Shown piece by piece: positions 19,832 to 30,489 of a stretch of DNA of 64,000 nt. Numbering within the stretch: the first letter of the stretch is position 1; each line of letters starts with the position of its first letter. This DNA is from Spirochaetia bacterium (GTDB lineage: Bacteria; Spirochaetota; Spirochaetia; UBA9216). The notes under the pieces are model-generated. The model saw nothing but the letters and a program-made list of their open reading frames with translations, did not search any database and was not told the DNA's origin. Location: the NCBI GenBank assembly GCA_963675665.1, contig OY776510.1, positions 928,001-992,000 of the forward strand. The letters run 5' to 3'. Position numbers and translations under genes: made by a program.

Positions 19832-20461
19832 ATGAAAGAGAAAACGCGTAATAAAATTAGATGGCTAATTGAAATCCTGGCACTTGCTATTTTTATTGGA
19901 TTAACGATTAACCACAAGCTTCAGCTATGGTTTGTTATTTTCTTATTGGGAGTCATCATCTCCATATTCGCCGGCAGATATTACTGCGGCTGGATATGTC
20001 CAATGAACACACTTTTTCGTCCTATCCAGTGGGTTTATAAAAAGTTAAAGATCAAAAGATTCAAATCACCGAAAGTTTTATCTAATCATTGGGTAAGATA
20101 CATTATTCTTATCCTTTTTCTCGCCGCAATGGTAATGATCAGAAGATTCCACATCAAGATAAATCTTTTGCTGTATATCACAATGCTTTCGGTTGTAGTT
20201 ACCTTGTTTTTTGAGGAAGCCTTCTGGCATCGCCATATATGTCCATTTGGAACTATTCTAAGCATTACTTCAGGGAAAGCGAGGATTTCCATGGAAATTG
20301 AAGAATCAGGTTGTATCAGCTGCGGAGCTTGTCAGAAAAAATGTCCTTCAGGTTCCATCATCACCAGGGAAGATGGAAAGCGCTGCAATCAGAAGAATGA
20401 ATGTTTATTATGTTATCAGTGTATTGAAGCATGTCCCGCAAAGGTATGCGAAATAGGATAA
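19832..20461 (+). CDS. Membrane polyferredoxin (NapH/NosR-like 4Fe-4S binding protein)
   Basis: GRYYCGWICP, HICPFG, CxxCxxCxxxCP twice, 4 TMs. Confidence 0.88.
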   Translation: MKEKTRNKIRWLIEILALAIFIGLTINHKLQLWFVIFLLGVIISIFAGRYYCGWICPMNTLFRPIQWVYKKLKIKRFKSPKVLSNHWVRYIILILFLAAMVMIRRFHIKINLLLYITMLSVVVTLFFEEAFWHRHICPFGTILSITSGKARISMEIEESGCISCGACQKKCPSGSIITREDGKRCNQKNECLLCYQCIEACPAKVCEIG

Positions 20462-20499
20462 ACGGTGGAAGAAATTATAAAGATTACATCTGTAGAAAA

Positions 20500-20812
20500 A
20501 GCTTATACTGCCGTTTAATATTTCTACAAAAGCATTTTTGTTTGGTGCATATGAGCAGATATTTACTCCAGGCTCCAGTTGGTTGAATCTTGCCCTGCTT
20601 CCTGAATGTCTGAATAATCTTGTTAACTGTAGTTGGATGGATTTCTATTCCGATTTTTTTTAAATCATCAACGTTAAAAGAATGTCTTTCCGGTCTGAAA
20701 AGATGATTTAATAACAGATTCAAGAAGTGCAGACAGGGAGCTAAACATTTTTCATTTTCGACAGATTATAATATGGAAAATTTTCCACATCAGTTGATAA
20801 AACTATAGGACA
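20500..20812 (-). pseudogene. rve-type transposase remnant, copy 4 (three coding patches plus palindrome at 20769-20792)
   Basis: Minus strand: MFSSLSALLESVIK/SDRKDILLTLMI (N-term), KIGIEIHPTTVNKII...PTGAW (HTH region), GVNICSYAPNKNAFVEILNGSI (rve PxxNAxxERxxGSI motif). Confidence 0.72.
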
Positions 20813-20897
20813 GGGCCGCAGCAAATTATTTTCTCTGAATGGTGATAATTGAAGGGGAATGGTTTATACCGGTGAAAATAACGTATATTTTTCTGGC

Positions 20898-21470
20898 CTA
20901 TGTAACCGCAGCCCGCGTCAGTTTTACGAGGAGTTTTGTCATCTCCGGCACGGGCATATCCATGTCGTTTTTAAGCCAATCCTGAATAAGAGTGAGAGCT
21001 CCTCCCGAGGCAAACAGTGCCTGATATCGGACGGTTTTTTCATCGCTATCTTTGTCGCCGGAACTTTTCTTTATATAGTGCATACGTTCAATTTGAGTCT
21101 GAAAAAAACGTCTTTGAAATTGCGGGTCGCCATTTTCACTTATCAGCACTTGAATTGAATTATTGTTCTTGACAATGTAGCGCAGAATATCCTCTATACG
21201 GGTAAATTCATGACTGCTTAATTTTGATTTTATCAGATCGAAATGCTCATGGAACAAGGCTTCAGCTTCGGCAAGGACCTCGTCTTCTATCTGCCTGAGC
21301 AGATCATACTGGTTTTTGTAGTAGACATAGAACGTAGAGCGCCCAACTCCAGCCTCCTCGCAAATCTCCTTTACGGAAATATTAAGAATCGACTTCTCCT
21401 TCATAAGTGCAAGCAGACTTTCCCGCAGAACCTTTTTGGTGAATCGGGTTCTGATATCTGATTTTTTCAT
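20898..21470 (-). CDS. TetR/AcrR family regulator
   Basis: 'DIRTRFTK', HTH 'ISVKEICEEAGVGRSTFYVYY'; ATG 21470 after GGAGG. Confidence 0.93.
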   Translation of the reverse strand: MKKSDIRTRFTKKVLRESLLALMKEKSILNISVKEICEEAGVGRSTFYVYYKNQYDLLRQIEDEVLAEAEALFHEHFDLIKSKLSSHEFTRIEDILRYIVKNNNSIQVLISENGDPQFQRRFFQTQIERMHYIKKSSGDKDSDEKTVRYQALFASGGALTLIQDWLKNDMDMPVPEMTKLLVKLTRAAVT

Positions 21471-21665
21471 CGTTATTCCTCCGCACAATTCAAGCAAAAT
21501 TGTCTAAAAAATGGACAAAATCAAACAGGCTGTCCGTTTGCTGTACAATTATCCCGAAATCGTGCTGTTTGTTTCAAAATAAAATTTATATATTAGGTTT
21601 TGTACTGTCAAGTGTTAATTGAAATGCTTGTTAAAACTTACAGCTGTGATAATAGGAGTTATCTT

Positions 21666-24281
21666 TTGGAAAAATTTTTCAAATATCCCTGGCTTGTAGT
21701 GGGAATCATCACTGCAATCACCATGTTTTTTGCGGCACAACTGCCGCGAGTGAAGTTGAACAATGATATGGCCAGTATGCTGCCGCAAGAAAATGCGGCA
21801 GTTATAACATCGGATTATCTTGATGAAACCTTTGGAAAAAGCGAAGGACTGTTTATCGGTCTTGAGCGTCCGTACGGCAATGTTTTTGACCAAGACTTTC
21901 TGTTGCGCCTAAGCGAGACTACTGAAGCGTTGAAAGAGATCGATATAGTCAAGGACGTCGCTTCCATTTTAACGCTGCCTTACATTTCGTCTGACGGGGA
22001 CAGTATTTTCGTTAACGATCTGGTTGATGAAGATTTTTCGGGAACGCCTGACGAAATTACCGAACTCAAACGCCGCTTGGCCTCCTGGGAGTTATATGAT
22101 GGGCAGACTGTTTCCGCTGACCTCTCGTCCACACAAATTATTGTGACTCTGAATACCAGTACAAATGATTCAATGGCCCCTGAGGTACAGGAAGGTGTCT
22201 GGAAAGTTCGTGATATAACGCAGGAGATGTTTGCCGGTATGGCGGCGGTTTACGTTACCGGTGATCCGATTTTGCGGCAGACGTCCAATGACGCCATGGA
22301 ATCGGATCTGCTATTGCTAGTTCCTCTGGTCATTCTTGTAGTTTTAGGGGTGCTCTTCTTTTCGTTCCGTCGTTTGGTGTACGTAATTTTACCGCTCTTG
22401 ACCGTTATTTTATCGGTTATTTGGACTATCGGTTTGATGCCGCTTTTAGGGGTAAAGCTCTCTATTATTTCCATTGTAATGCCAATCATCCTGATTGCGG
22501 TGGGCAGTGCTTACGGCATTCATCTAGTCTCACATTACAAGGACATCTCAGGGAATAAAACGCTAACCAGCGATGAGCATCACGATCTGGTGTTTGAGGT
22601 TCTTCGCGATGTAGCGGGGCCCATAATGCTTGCCGCACTCACCACCATGGCGGGATTTTTCTCATTTGTGTTTACGTTCCTTAAACCTGTAAAAGAATTT
22701 GGATTTTTTTCCACCATTGGTGTAGGCGCGGCCCTGCTTGTGTCTATTACGCTCATTCCGGCTTTGTTGCTTATCAGAGGTCCCCGTACCGTAAAACAAA
22801 AGAAAACAGTTAAGAAGTTTCGATTTGATACGATGTTAGCTGATATTTTATTGGCGATTTCGAGTAAGAAAAAACTTGTTATCCTTTGTACCGTTATTGT
22901 ACTCGGCGTATCGTTCTATGGTCTTGGCCTCCTGATTGTTGATAACAATATGGTTGAATATTTCCGAGAGGATACTGATATTTACCAGAGCGATAGATTT
23001 ATCAGCAAATATTTTGGGGGTACAACCCAAGTCACCGTTGCCTTTGAGGCTGACTCAACAGAAATACTGCTTAGCCCTGGCGTACTCACGGCGGTTGACG
23101 GTCTTGGCGCCTACCTTACCACCCGTGTTCCCGTTGTCAGTAATGTTACCGGTTTTACCGACATGGTGAAACGTGTAAATCAGGTGTTTAATGTTGATGA
23201 AGGTCCAAACGGTATTCGTGCCTCGGCGGCGTATGCTGATGATGCGGGCGAAGAGTTCGGCTTTGGCGGCTTTGGCGACTTCGATACCGCTGATGCGTCG
23301 CCCTTCGTTTCTTTGGGCTCTCCTTCCGAGGAAGATCAACAGGGCAGCTCTGCGCCGGCTGTGGGGGATACTGGTATTACCTTTGCCATGCTTGAAAGTG
23401 CCATTGGCTCCGACGCCTCCATGTCTGCCCGCGATATGGTTCGCGAACTGGAACGGCTGACTAATTATAAGGGGCGCTCGTATTATGAGATCCCGTCAGA
23501 CCTGGAACGTTATGGTAAAGAGAGTGAGGAAGAACTGACACGGCTTATCGCGAACTACCTTGTATTGGTCGGTGATGATGCTGATGGCGGTTACTCAAAT
23601 GATCCGCTTGAACCGACTGCGATCCGAAGTGTAATCCAGATAAATTCAAAATGGTGGACGGACACAAAAGCTGTTATTGATTCGGTAGAAGCTTATGCCG
23701 CGGCAAACTTTCCTGACGATGTTCGGGTAATTATTGGAGGCAGTGCGGTGCTTCAGGGAGAAATCACCTCGGAACTTGTGAGCAGCCAGATTGTATCCAT
23801 CATAGTTTCCATTCTGTTGGTGTTCATTATCCTTTCAATCGCGAATAGATCCGCCATTGCGGGCCTTCTTGGCTCTGTGCCGCTTTCAATAGCCATAATG
23901 TGTAATTTTGGTTTAATGGGATTCTTGGGCATTACCCTCAATATGGGGACGGCGCTTGTTTCCAGTCTGGCCGTGGGTATCGGCATTGATTATACCATCC
24001 ACTTTATGAGCTTTTACAAACTGGAATATAAACGCGGCGGTGATGATTTCTTACGCCGAACATTCGACAGCTGCGGTAAGGCAATTCTGATTAATGTATT
24101 TTCTGTGGGTGCGGGGTTCAGCATACTGGCGTTATCTAATTTCCGCATGATTACCCATATAGGCGGCCTCATCGCGTCAAGTATGGTTATCACCGCCATT
24201 GTAAGTCTTATCCTTATGCCGGTTCTGTTCACAACCTTTAAGCCTAAGTTTATATATGGGAAGTTCGGGAAATCACGCTGA
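21666..24281 (+). CDS. MMPL/RND-family transporter
   Basis: Two MMPL repeats, 'GSAYGIH', 'GIGIDYTIH'; TTG 21666 after AGGAG. Confidence 0.9.
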   Translation: MEKFFKYPWLVVGIITAITMFFAAQLPRVKLNNDMASMLPQENAAVITSDYLDETFGKSEGLFIGLERPYGNVFDQDFLLRLSETTEALKEIDIVKDVASILTLPYISSDGDSIFVNDLVDEDFSGTPDEITELKRRLASWELYDGQTVSADLSSTQIIVTLNTSTNDSMAPEVQEGVWKVRDITQEMFAGMAAVYVTGDPILRQTSNDAMESDLLLLVPLVILVVLGVLFFSFRRLVYVILPLLTVILSVIWTIGLMPLLGVKLSIISIVMPIILIAVGSAYGIHLVSHYKDISGNKTLTSDEHHDLVFEVLRDVAGPIMLAALTTMAGFFSFVFTFLKPVKEFGFFSTIGVGAALLVSITLIPALLLIRGPRTVKQKKTVKKFRFDTMLADILLAISSKKKLVILCTVIVLGVSFYGLGLLIVDNNMVEYFREDTDIYQSDRFISKYFGGTTQVTVAFEADSTEILLSPGVLTAVDGLGAYLTTRVPVVSNVTGFTDMVKRVNQVFNVDEGPNGIRASAAYADDAGEEFGFGGFGDFDTADASPFVSLGSPSEEDQQGSSAPAVGDTGITFAMLESAIGSDASMSARDMVRELERLTNYKGRSYYEIPSDLERYGKESEEELTRLIANYLVLVGDDADGGYSNDPLEPTAIRSVIQINSKWWTDTKAVIDSVEAYAAANFPDDVRVIIGGSAVLQGEITSELVSSQIVSIIVSILLVFIILSIANRSAIAGLLGSVPLSIAIMCNFGLMGFLGITLNMGTALVSSLAVGIGIDYTIHFMSFYKLEYKRGGDDFLRRTFDSCGKAILINVFSVGAGFSILALSNFRMITHIGGLIASSMVITAIVSLILMPVLFTTFKPKFIYGKFGKSR

Positions 24282-24361
24282 GGAAAAGAATCGTTAAGCT
24301 TTTAAAGCTTATTTTTTTTACATTGCAGCAGGCGCTGCAAATACTTTTCAGGAGGTTTAAA

Positions 24362-25150
24362 ATGAAACGATGTGTGCTTTTAGCCACAATGATGCTCTCG
24401 GTTGTCCTTTCAGTTTACGCACAGGATGCCGCCGTTATTATGGAGCGGGCGCAAAACAAGAACGACTCCTCTACTATGTCAAGCCGTTCACGTATGGTTA
24501 TAACCCCGAAAAATGGATCGGCCACAGAGCGGGTTATCGACCAGTATTCTAAAGAGGATGCCCAGGGACGAAATCGGTCGATTATTATTTTTCAAAGTCC
24601 CGCAACGGTAAAGGGAACGCGTTTTTTAACACTGGAAAATAATTCCGGGGACAGCGATCAATGGATCTTTTTGCCTGGAATCGGCAAGGTACGACGTATC
24701 GCTTCCTCTGAAAGCGGCGGGAACTTCATGGGTACTGATTTTTCCTATAATGATATGGACATGACCAGCCGTGATGTTAGCGAGGATACCCACACGGTCA
24801 TTGGAGAAGAGGTGATAACCGTTGACGGCAGTAATGTGCTTTGCTATCGCATTCAATCTGTCCCCAAGGACGCGGATTTTCAATATTCAAAAATGATCAC
24901 CTGGGTTGATAAAGAAAACTCTCGTATTTATAAGCGCGATCTTTACAATGATCGTGGAGGAATTGAAAAAAACATGGAAATATCAGGATACAAAGATGTA
25001 CAAGGATTTGATACCGCCACGCAAATAAAAATGTCCACTCTGGCGGCGGGAACATCAACGACACTCCATTCAGACATCATCAAGTACGATGATCCTATCC
25101 CCGAAGGCGTGTTCACCACTGCGTTTCTTGAAACAGGGAGGGTCAGATGA
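24362..25150 (+). CDS. Outer membrane lipoprotein-sorting (LolA-like) protein
   Basis: 'FQSPATVKGTRFL', 'DQWIFLPGIGKVRRI', 'FMGTDFSYND'; ATG 24362 after AGGAGG. Confidence 0.9.
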   Translation: MKRCVLLATMMLSVVLSVYAQDAAVIMERAQNKNDSSTMSSRSRMVITPKNGSATERVIDQYSKEDAQGRNRSIIIFQSPATVKGTRFLTLENNSGDSDQWIFLPGIGKVRRIASSESGGNFMGTDFSYNDMDMTSRDVSEDTHTVIGEEVITVDGSNVLCYRIQSVPKDADFQYSKMITWVDKENSRIYKRDLYNDRGGIEKNMEISGYKDVQGFDTATQIKMSTLAAGTSTTLHSDIIKYDDPIPEGVFTTAFLETGRVR

Positions 25151-26493
25151 ACGTATCCTTCATGATGAATGCGCGGAGGCGTTTCCACGCGCTGCTTGGT
25201 ACTGCGGTTTTATTTATGATTTTAACAATGCCGTTACCGGCTCAGGATTTCGGTTTTGACGATGAAGACGACGGTACAGGCGAAATCGGCAGCAGTAGTG
25301 CAATCAACGTTTCTGTAAACGGCGAAAGTTCAGCTTCAATCACCGGCTACTTTGACGACTTAGCTGACGGGGCCGGTGACACACAGTTGGGCGATGTTTT
25401 TTCAGGCGAACTGAATATTTCCGCAGAAAGCTCCCGCGCCGATGCGGTTATCAACCTGAAATTACAGCCTTCGTTGTCACAGGTGTCAATTGATGAAGCA
25501 TACGTCCGCGCGTACTTCGGCAAGCTTGACATTGAAGGCGGCCTTAGAAAACTCTCTTGGGGCAAGGCGGACAGCTTTGGGCCGTTGGACATAATCAACC
25601 CGCTTGACTATTCCGATCTTTCCTCTATGACCGATGCGCAGGACATAAAAATTGCCCGGCCTCTTGTCCACGCATCGTTTCGATTTGGACAGTTCAGCAA
25701 GTTGGAAGGCGTCTTTGTCCCCAATTTCGAGCCGATACGTTTTGCCGAAAGCGGGCGCTGGGTGCCGGACCAATTTGCCTTGTTAAACCAGCTTCCTACG
25801 GAAAATATCATCCTGCCCGACACCATAACACTTGATTACGCTCAGGCGGGACTGCGTTTCTCCACAACGATAGGCAGCGCGGACCTTGGAGCGCAGTATT
25901 ACTACGGACGGCTTTCAACACCGGCTGTAATAACGGGAATACCCGCAGGAACGCCGCCCTTGCCTACCGTAACTTTTACCTATAACCCCTATCATCAAAT
26001 CGGCGTTGATTGGGCGCAAGTGATAGCCGGTTTTAACTTTCGCGCTGAATTTGCCGCCAACATTACCGAAGATTTAGACGGTAATGACGATGCGGTGTAT
26101 AACCCCTTCCTCGCGTGGTCTCTAGGTTTTGACAAAGATCTCTTTTGGGAAATTAATCTCAATCTGCAAGTAAATGAATCAATCATTCTCATGTACGATG
26201 ATATTGATAGTGAACTTCTTTCGACGGACATTGAAGCGGATTCGGATATAACAACTACCCACGTTACTGCAGCGCTATCGAAAAAGTTTTTCCGAGACGA
26301 ATTAGAGCTGAAAACCGCCGTGATAGGGGAAATTGAATCCGGCGCGTATTTTGTCATGCCGGCTCTGATTTGGACAAAAGACACTGTAGATCTTGAACTT
26401 TCAGCCGGTATTTTTACAGGCGGTGACGAAGGTTTGTTCGGTCAGTTCCATGACAACAGTTTTATCAAAGCTGGAATAACGTACACGTTTTGA
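25147..26493 (+). CDS. Putative outer-membrane beta-barrel (DUF1302-like)
   Basis: 'EAYVR...LSWGKAD...LDIINPLD', C-terminal 'GITYTF'; usual third gene after MMPL and LolA-like genes. Confidence 0.7.
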   Translation: MNVSFMMNARRRFHALLGTAVLFMILTMPLPAQDFGFDDEDDGTGEIGSSSAINVSVNGESSASITGYFDDLADGAGDTQLGDVFSGELNISAESSRADAVINLKLQPSLSQVSIDEAYVRAYFGKLDIEGGLRKLSWGKADSFGPLDIINPLDYSDLSSMTDAQDIKIARPLVHASFRFGQFSKLEGVFVPNFEPIRFAESGRWVPDQFALLNQLPTENIILPDTITLDYAQAGLRFSTTIGSADLGAQYYYGRLSTPAVITGIPAGTPPLPTVTFTYNPYHQIGVDWAQVIAGFNFRAEFAANITEDLDGNDDAVYNPFLAWSLGFDKDLFWEINLNLQVNESIILMYDDIDSELLSTDIEADSDITTTHVTAALSKKFFRDELELKTAVIGEIESGAYFVMPALIWTKDTVDLELSAGIFTGGDEGLFGQFHDNSFIKAGITYTF

Positions 26494-26870
26494 TTAAGTG
26501 AATAAAACTCAGGCGGTGTGTAAAAACAAAGCACGCCGCTTGAGAGTAGCTGTCATTTCGTTCGTTTGAATTCTATATATTGATATGACAAAACAGGTTT
26601 CATGATGGTCTTTGCAGATGCTTTATCATAGTCAAAATTTTGTTTATGTCCGATTTCTTCTGCAATATAAAGTAAGCTTCTTTCAAGGTTATGAAATTTT
26701 CATTTTTGTTAAACACAATAAAGATCCTTTTGGTAATGTGTCTGAATTGTATAATCTAAGTTAATTACCTCTAATTTATGAAATAAAAAATCGGATGGAG
26801 CTATCTACAGAATATGTGGCTCGCTTCCGTAAATTGTTAGTGTATAATACATATCAGCAGTCTGCCTGAT

Positions 26871-28751
26871 ATGGAGGTGTCCATGGAAAACTTGAATATG
26901 TCTCAGGAAGACAGATTTCGACGGTTGATAGAAAAGATGCCGGAATATTGTATTTTCTATGCCCATGATGCCAATGGTGTTTATAAATATATCAATCCCG
27001 GGGGCACAAAACTTTGCGGATATACAATTGAAGAGTTTTCCTTTCACTATACGGATATATATACGAAAAATCCGATAAATCAGAAAGCCATAGAACACAC
27101 GAATCTAAGCCTGAAGGGTATAGTTCAGCCCCCATATGAAGTTGAGCTCTATCATAAAAACGGATCGATATTACGCCTCGAAACATTAGAATTTCCCGTG
27201 TTTGATAAGGAAGGAAATGTTATTGCGGTAGAAGGTATTGCCCGGGATATTACCGAACAAAAGCGGATGGAAGAGGAGCTTGTCAGAGCAAAGGAAGAGG
27301 CTGAAAAAGCTAATAACGAAATGTCGGCTTTTTTGGCTACAATGACTCACGAATTGAGAACACCTTTAAACGCGGTTGTAAATCTTGTAGATCTCGCCTC
27401 TCATAATTCGAAGGATCTTCAGGTAAAGAAGTATCTGGAAATGGTGCGGGAAACTTCGGCACATCTTATTAAAATAATTAATAATGTTCTTGATTTTTCC
27501 AGAATTGAATCTAACCAGCTGACCCTGGAAAAAATTGATTTCAATATCAGGGAAGAAATTCAATTGATTCTGGATTTATTTTCAATGCAGTTTCAGGAAA
27601 AGAAAATTCAGATTAAAACAAATTTCGAAAAGGATGTCCCTGAATATATTCAGGGAGATTCAATAAGATTGAAACAGATATTAATAAATATTATTAACAA
27701 TGCAATTAAATTTTCTGATAAAGGAACAATCTATATAGACGTTGCAGTTTATGAAAAAAAATCGGAAGATTTAACATTAATATTCTCCATCAAGGATGAA
27801 GGTATTGGAATAGAAAAGGAAAAACAAAAGGATATTTTTAACAGTTTCTATCAGGCGGATAGTTCATTCGCACGAAAATATGGCGGCACAGGTTTGGGAT
27901 TGTCAATTTGCCGGCATCTGCTTGAAATGATGGGCGGGGAAATTTGGGTGGAAAGCGACCCCGGAAAAGGAAGTATTTTCCGATTTACTTTAATTACCGG
28001 AATTGGAAACAAGGAAAATATATTATCTGTGGACCCCGGCAACCCGGAACATTTTTATAGTCTTGAACAGTCAAACATTAAAATACTTTTAGTTGATGAT
28101 AATGCTATAAATATCAAAGTTGCGGAAAGTTTCCTGGGCAATCTGGGTTATACCGTTAATACGGCACAAAACGGGAAAGAGGCATTAAGTAAACTCGCAG
28201 CCGGGAAATACGATATTGTATTAATGGATATTGAGATGCCGGAACAGGATGGAATAGAGACCACGAGGAAAATCCGGTCTGGTTTATACGGAACACTTAA
28301 CAAAGAAACCCCGGTAATTGCGTTATCCGCCCACGGGACAGAAGAGATAAAAATTAAATGTGAAGAAGCCGGCATAAACGGACATCTTATCAAACCGATT
28401 AATTTTAGAAACGTAAATTTACTTATAAGAAAGATGTGCAAGAAGAAAAATGATTTTTCTCCGGAATCGAATGAAAAACTTCCGGAAGAAAGTGTAATGG
28501 AAAGCCTCAAAAGCGAAGCTGTTGAAAATATTAGGACACAATTATTGAAACTTCAGGATGCTTTTCTCTCCGGGGATCGCGCTGTTATGAAAGAAATATT
28601 ACATGATATTAAAGGTATAGCTCTGTACTTCGATTATGATGACATTAAGGATATTACCTCCAAAATGTATAATGATATTACTGAAATGAAAAAAGAACGA
28701 ATAATAGAATTCCTTGACAGAATAAATAAAGAAATAAATAAAATTATGTAA
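26871..28751 (+). CDS. Soluble hybrid histidine kinase (PAS-HisKA-HATPase-REC-HPt)
   Basis: PAS 'EGIARDITEQK', H-box THELRTPL, N/G1/F/G2 boxes, REC 'LMDIEMP', HPt-like 'LHDIKG'; no TM. Confidence 0.93.
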   Translation: MEVSMENLNMSQEDRFRRLIEKMPEYCIFYAHDANGVYKYINPGGTKLCGYTIEEFSFHYTDIYTKNPINQKAIEHTNLSLKGIVQPPYEVELYHKNGSILRLETLEFPVFDKEGNVIAVEGIARDITEQKRMEEELVRAKEEAEKANNEMSAFLATMTHELRTPLNAVVNLVDLASHNSKDLQVKKYLEMVRETSAHLIKIINNVLDFSRIESNQLTLEKIDFNIREEIQLILDLFSMQFQEKKIQIKTNFEKDVPEYIQGDSIRLKQILINIINNAIKFSDKGTIYIDVAVYEKKSEDLTLIFSIKDEGIGIEKEKQKDIFNSFYQADSSFARKYGGTGLGLSICRHLLEMMGGEIWVESDPGKGSIFRFTLITGIGNKENILSVDPGNPEHFYSLEQSNIKILLVDDNAINIKVAESFLGNLGYTVNTAQNGKEALSKLAAGKYDIVLMDIEMPEQDGIETTRKIRSGLYGTLNKETPVIALSAHGTEEIKIKCEEAGINGHLIKPINFRNVNLLIRKMCKKKNDFSPESNEKLPEESVMESLKSEAVENIRTQLLKLQDAFLSGDRAVMKEILHDIKGIALYFDYDDIKDITSKMYNDITEMKKERIIEFLDRINKEINKIM

Positions 28752-29400
28752 GATTTGGTAATAAATTATTCTGTATTGCAAAAACCACAAGGTCGGTAGT
28801 ATTATGCGTTTTCAATTTGTTTTTTATGTTGTTTTTATGAGCCTCCACGGTCTTGGAGCTGATAAATAATTTTTGAGCAATTTCCTTTGACGTGTTCCCC
28901 AGAGCCAGTTCCCGTAAAATTTCAATTTCTCTTTTAGAAAGAGTATCCAGCAGTGGAGATTTTGATTTATAGGTTTTATGAAGAAAGTCTTCTATCAATA
29001 TCAGAGAAATATCAGGGGTGATATACTTTTTCCCCTGGCGTACCATTTTTACAGCAAATATAAGCTCTTCATCCGACACATTTTTTAGTAAATATGCATC
29101 GGCTCCGGCTTCCAATGCTTCGTAAATCAGTAATTCATCAGAATAGGCGGTAAGAATAATTACTTTAATATCCGGTGAGTATTCCTTTATCTTTTTAGTA
29201 GCCAGTGGTCCGTTCATTTCCGGCATTTTTAAATCCATCAGAACAATATCAGGATTTTCCTTATGAATGAGATTTATTACCTGATAACCATTTTTAGCCA
29301 TTCCTGAAACATTGAATGAAGGAATGGAAGAAATATGAGCGCAAAGTCCTTTAAGGATAATATCCTGATCCTCTGCAATAATAAAAGTCGTTTCATCCAT
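28744..29400 (-). CDS. NarL/LuxR family response regulator
   Basis: REC 'AED...LMDLKMP...YLLK' plus 'LSKREIEIL...IAQKLFISSKTVEAH'. Confidence 0.94.
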   Translation of the reverse strand: MDETTFIIAEDQDIILKGLCAHISSIPSFNVSGMAKNGYQVINLIHKENPDIVLMDLKMPEMNGPLATKKIKEYSPDIKVIILTAYSDELLIYEALEAGADAYLLKNVSDEELIFAVKMVRQGKKYITPDISLILIEDFLHKTYKSKSPLLDTLSKREIEILRELALGNTSKEIAQKLFISSKTVEAHKNNIKNKLKTHNTTDLVVFAIQNNLLPNLT

Positions 29401-29560
29401 AAATTACATTTTATACTCCTTCAGAGAATATTGGAATAAGATTAATCCTTAGGTAAAAGTATTTATATATTTTAAAAAAAATACAAATTTATGCGAATTG
29501 TGTGTAATTCATTGGTGGATTACACTGAAATTAATTTTTTACTATCGGGAGATTTTTAGT

Positions 29561-30475
29561 ATGAGCCGCATTTTGAGAGTTGGAATGATACAAATGCCTG
29601 TTGATAAATCTAAAGAAGCTAATATTTCATATCTTACAAAAGCAATTGAAGAGATGATGGAGCAGTATACGCGGCCGGAAATAATTATTGCCGGTGAATT
29701 CAATCTGTCTTTCGAGGCAGAGACGATACCTGGTCCCATTTCAGATCATTTTTGTAAGTTGGCAAAGAAATACGGTATATATATGCTTCCGGGTTCTTAT
29801 CCTGAAAAACATTCAGAACTTAAAGAAAATGAATATTACAATGCAGCTCCAATAATAAATCCGGAAGGGGAAATAATAGAAATTTACAGAAAAATGTTCC
29901 CTTATTATCCTATGGAAGAATCACGTCCGGGGAAAAACTATGTAGTTTTCGATATGCCGGAGAAGAATACAAAAATCGGCGTGCAGATTTGTTATGATGT
30001 TTACTTTCCTGAAGTGTCAAGAAACGAAGCTCTGATGGGTGCAGAGGTCCTCGTTAAGCTTACAATGGACATGCAGCCGCTGTTAAAGCCTTACAGGTAT
30101 TTTCCCGTCGTCAGGGCTGTAGAAAATCAGGCCTATTTTATTTCGGTAAATGATGTAGGCAATATCATGGGATGCACATTGTACGGTCATTCAATGGTAG
30201 CCGATCCAAACGGAAATATTCTTTTCGAGGCCGATGGTGTACCGAATAATGTTGTATTTCCGATTGACCTGGATGTTGTTTCTGTTTCCCGGGAATACGG
30301 GACATTATTGATGGATCAAACAATGAAACATCTGGCAAGTATAAATCCACCTCAGCCTTTTTCAAAAAACTTTTCGGATGCTCCTTTATATAAAAACCTT
30401 GGAGCTCCCTCTGATACAACCGACAGTTTTATCAAAAAGATAGCAGACATAGGAATCTGTAAGAATAAAATGTAA
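29561..30475 (+). CDS. Carbon-nitrogen hydrolase (nitrilase superfamily amidase)
   Basis: Catalytic E (AGEF), K (YRKMFP), C (QICYD...PE), 'RAVENQ', 'GHSMVADP'. Confidence 0.9.
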   Translation: MSRILRVGMIQMPVDKSKEANISYLTKAIEEMMEQYTRPEIIIAGEFNLSFEAETIPGPISDHFCKLAKKYGIYMLPGSYPEKHSELKENEYYNAAPIINPEGEIIEIYRKMFPYYPMEESRPGKNYVVFDMPEKNTKIGVQICYDVYFPEVSRNEALMGAEVLVKLTMDMQPLLKPYRYFPVVRAVENQAYFISVNDVGNIMGCTLYGHSMVADPNGNILFEADGVPNNVVFPIDLDVVSVSREYGTLLMDQTMKHLASINPPQPFSKNFSDAPLYKNLGAPSDTTDSFIKKIADIGICKNKM

Positions 30476-30489
30476 CAAGGAGAAATTTT

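Noticed and set aside
26550-26750. Minus-strand open stretch (HNLERSLLYIAEEIG...)
   Set aside because: Probably gene debris, but no motif can be assigned.
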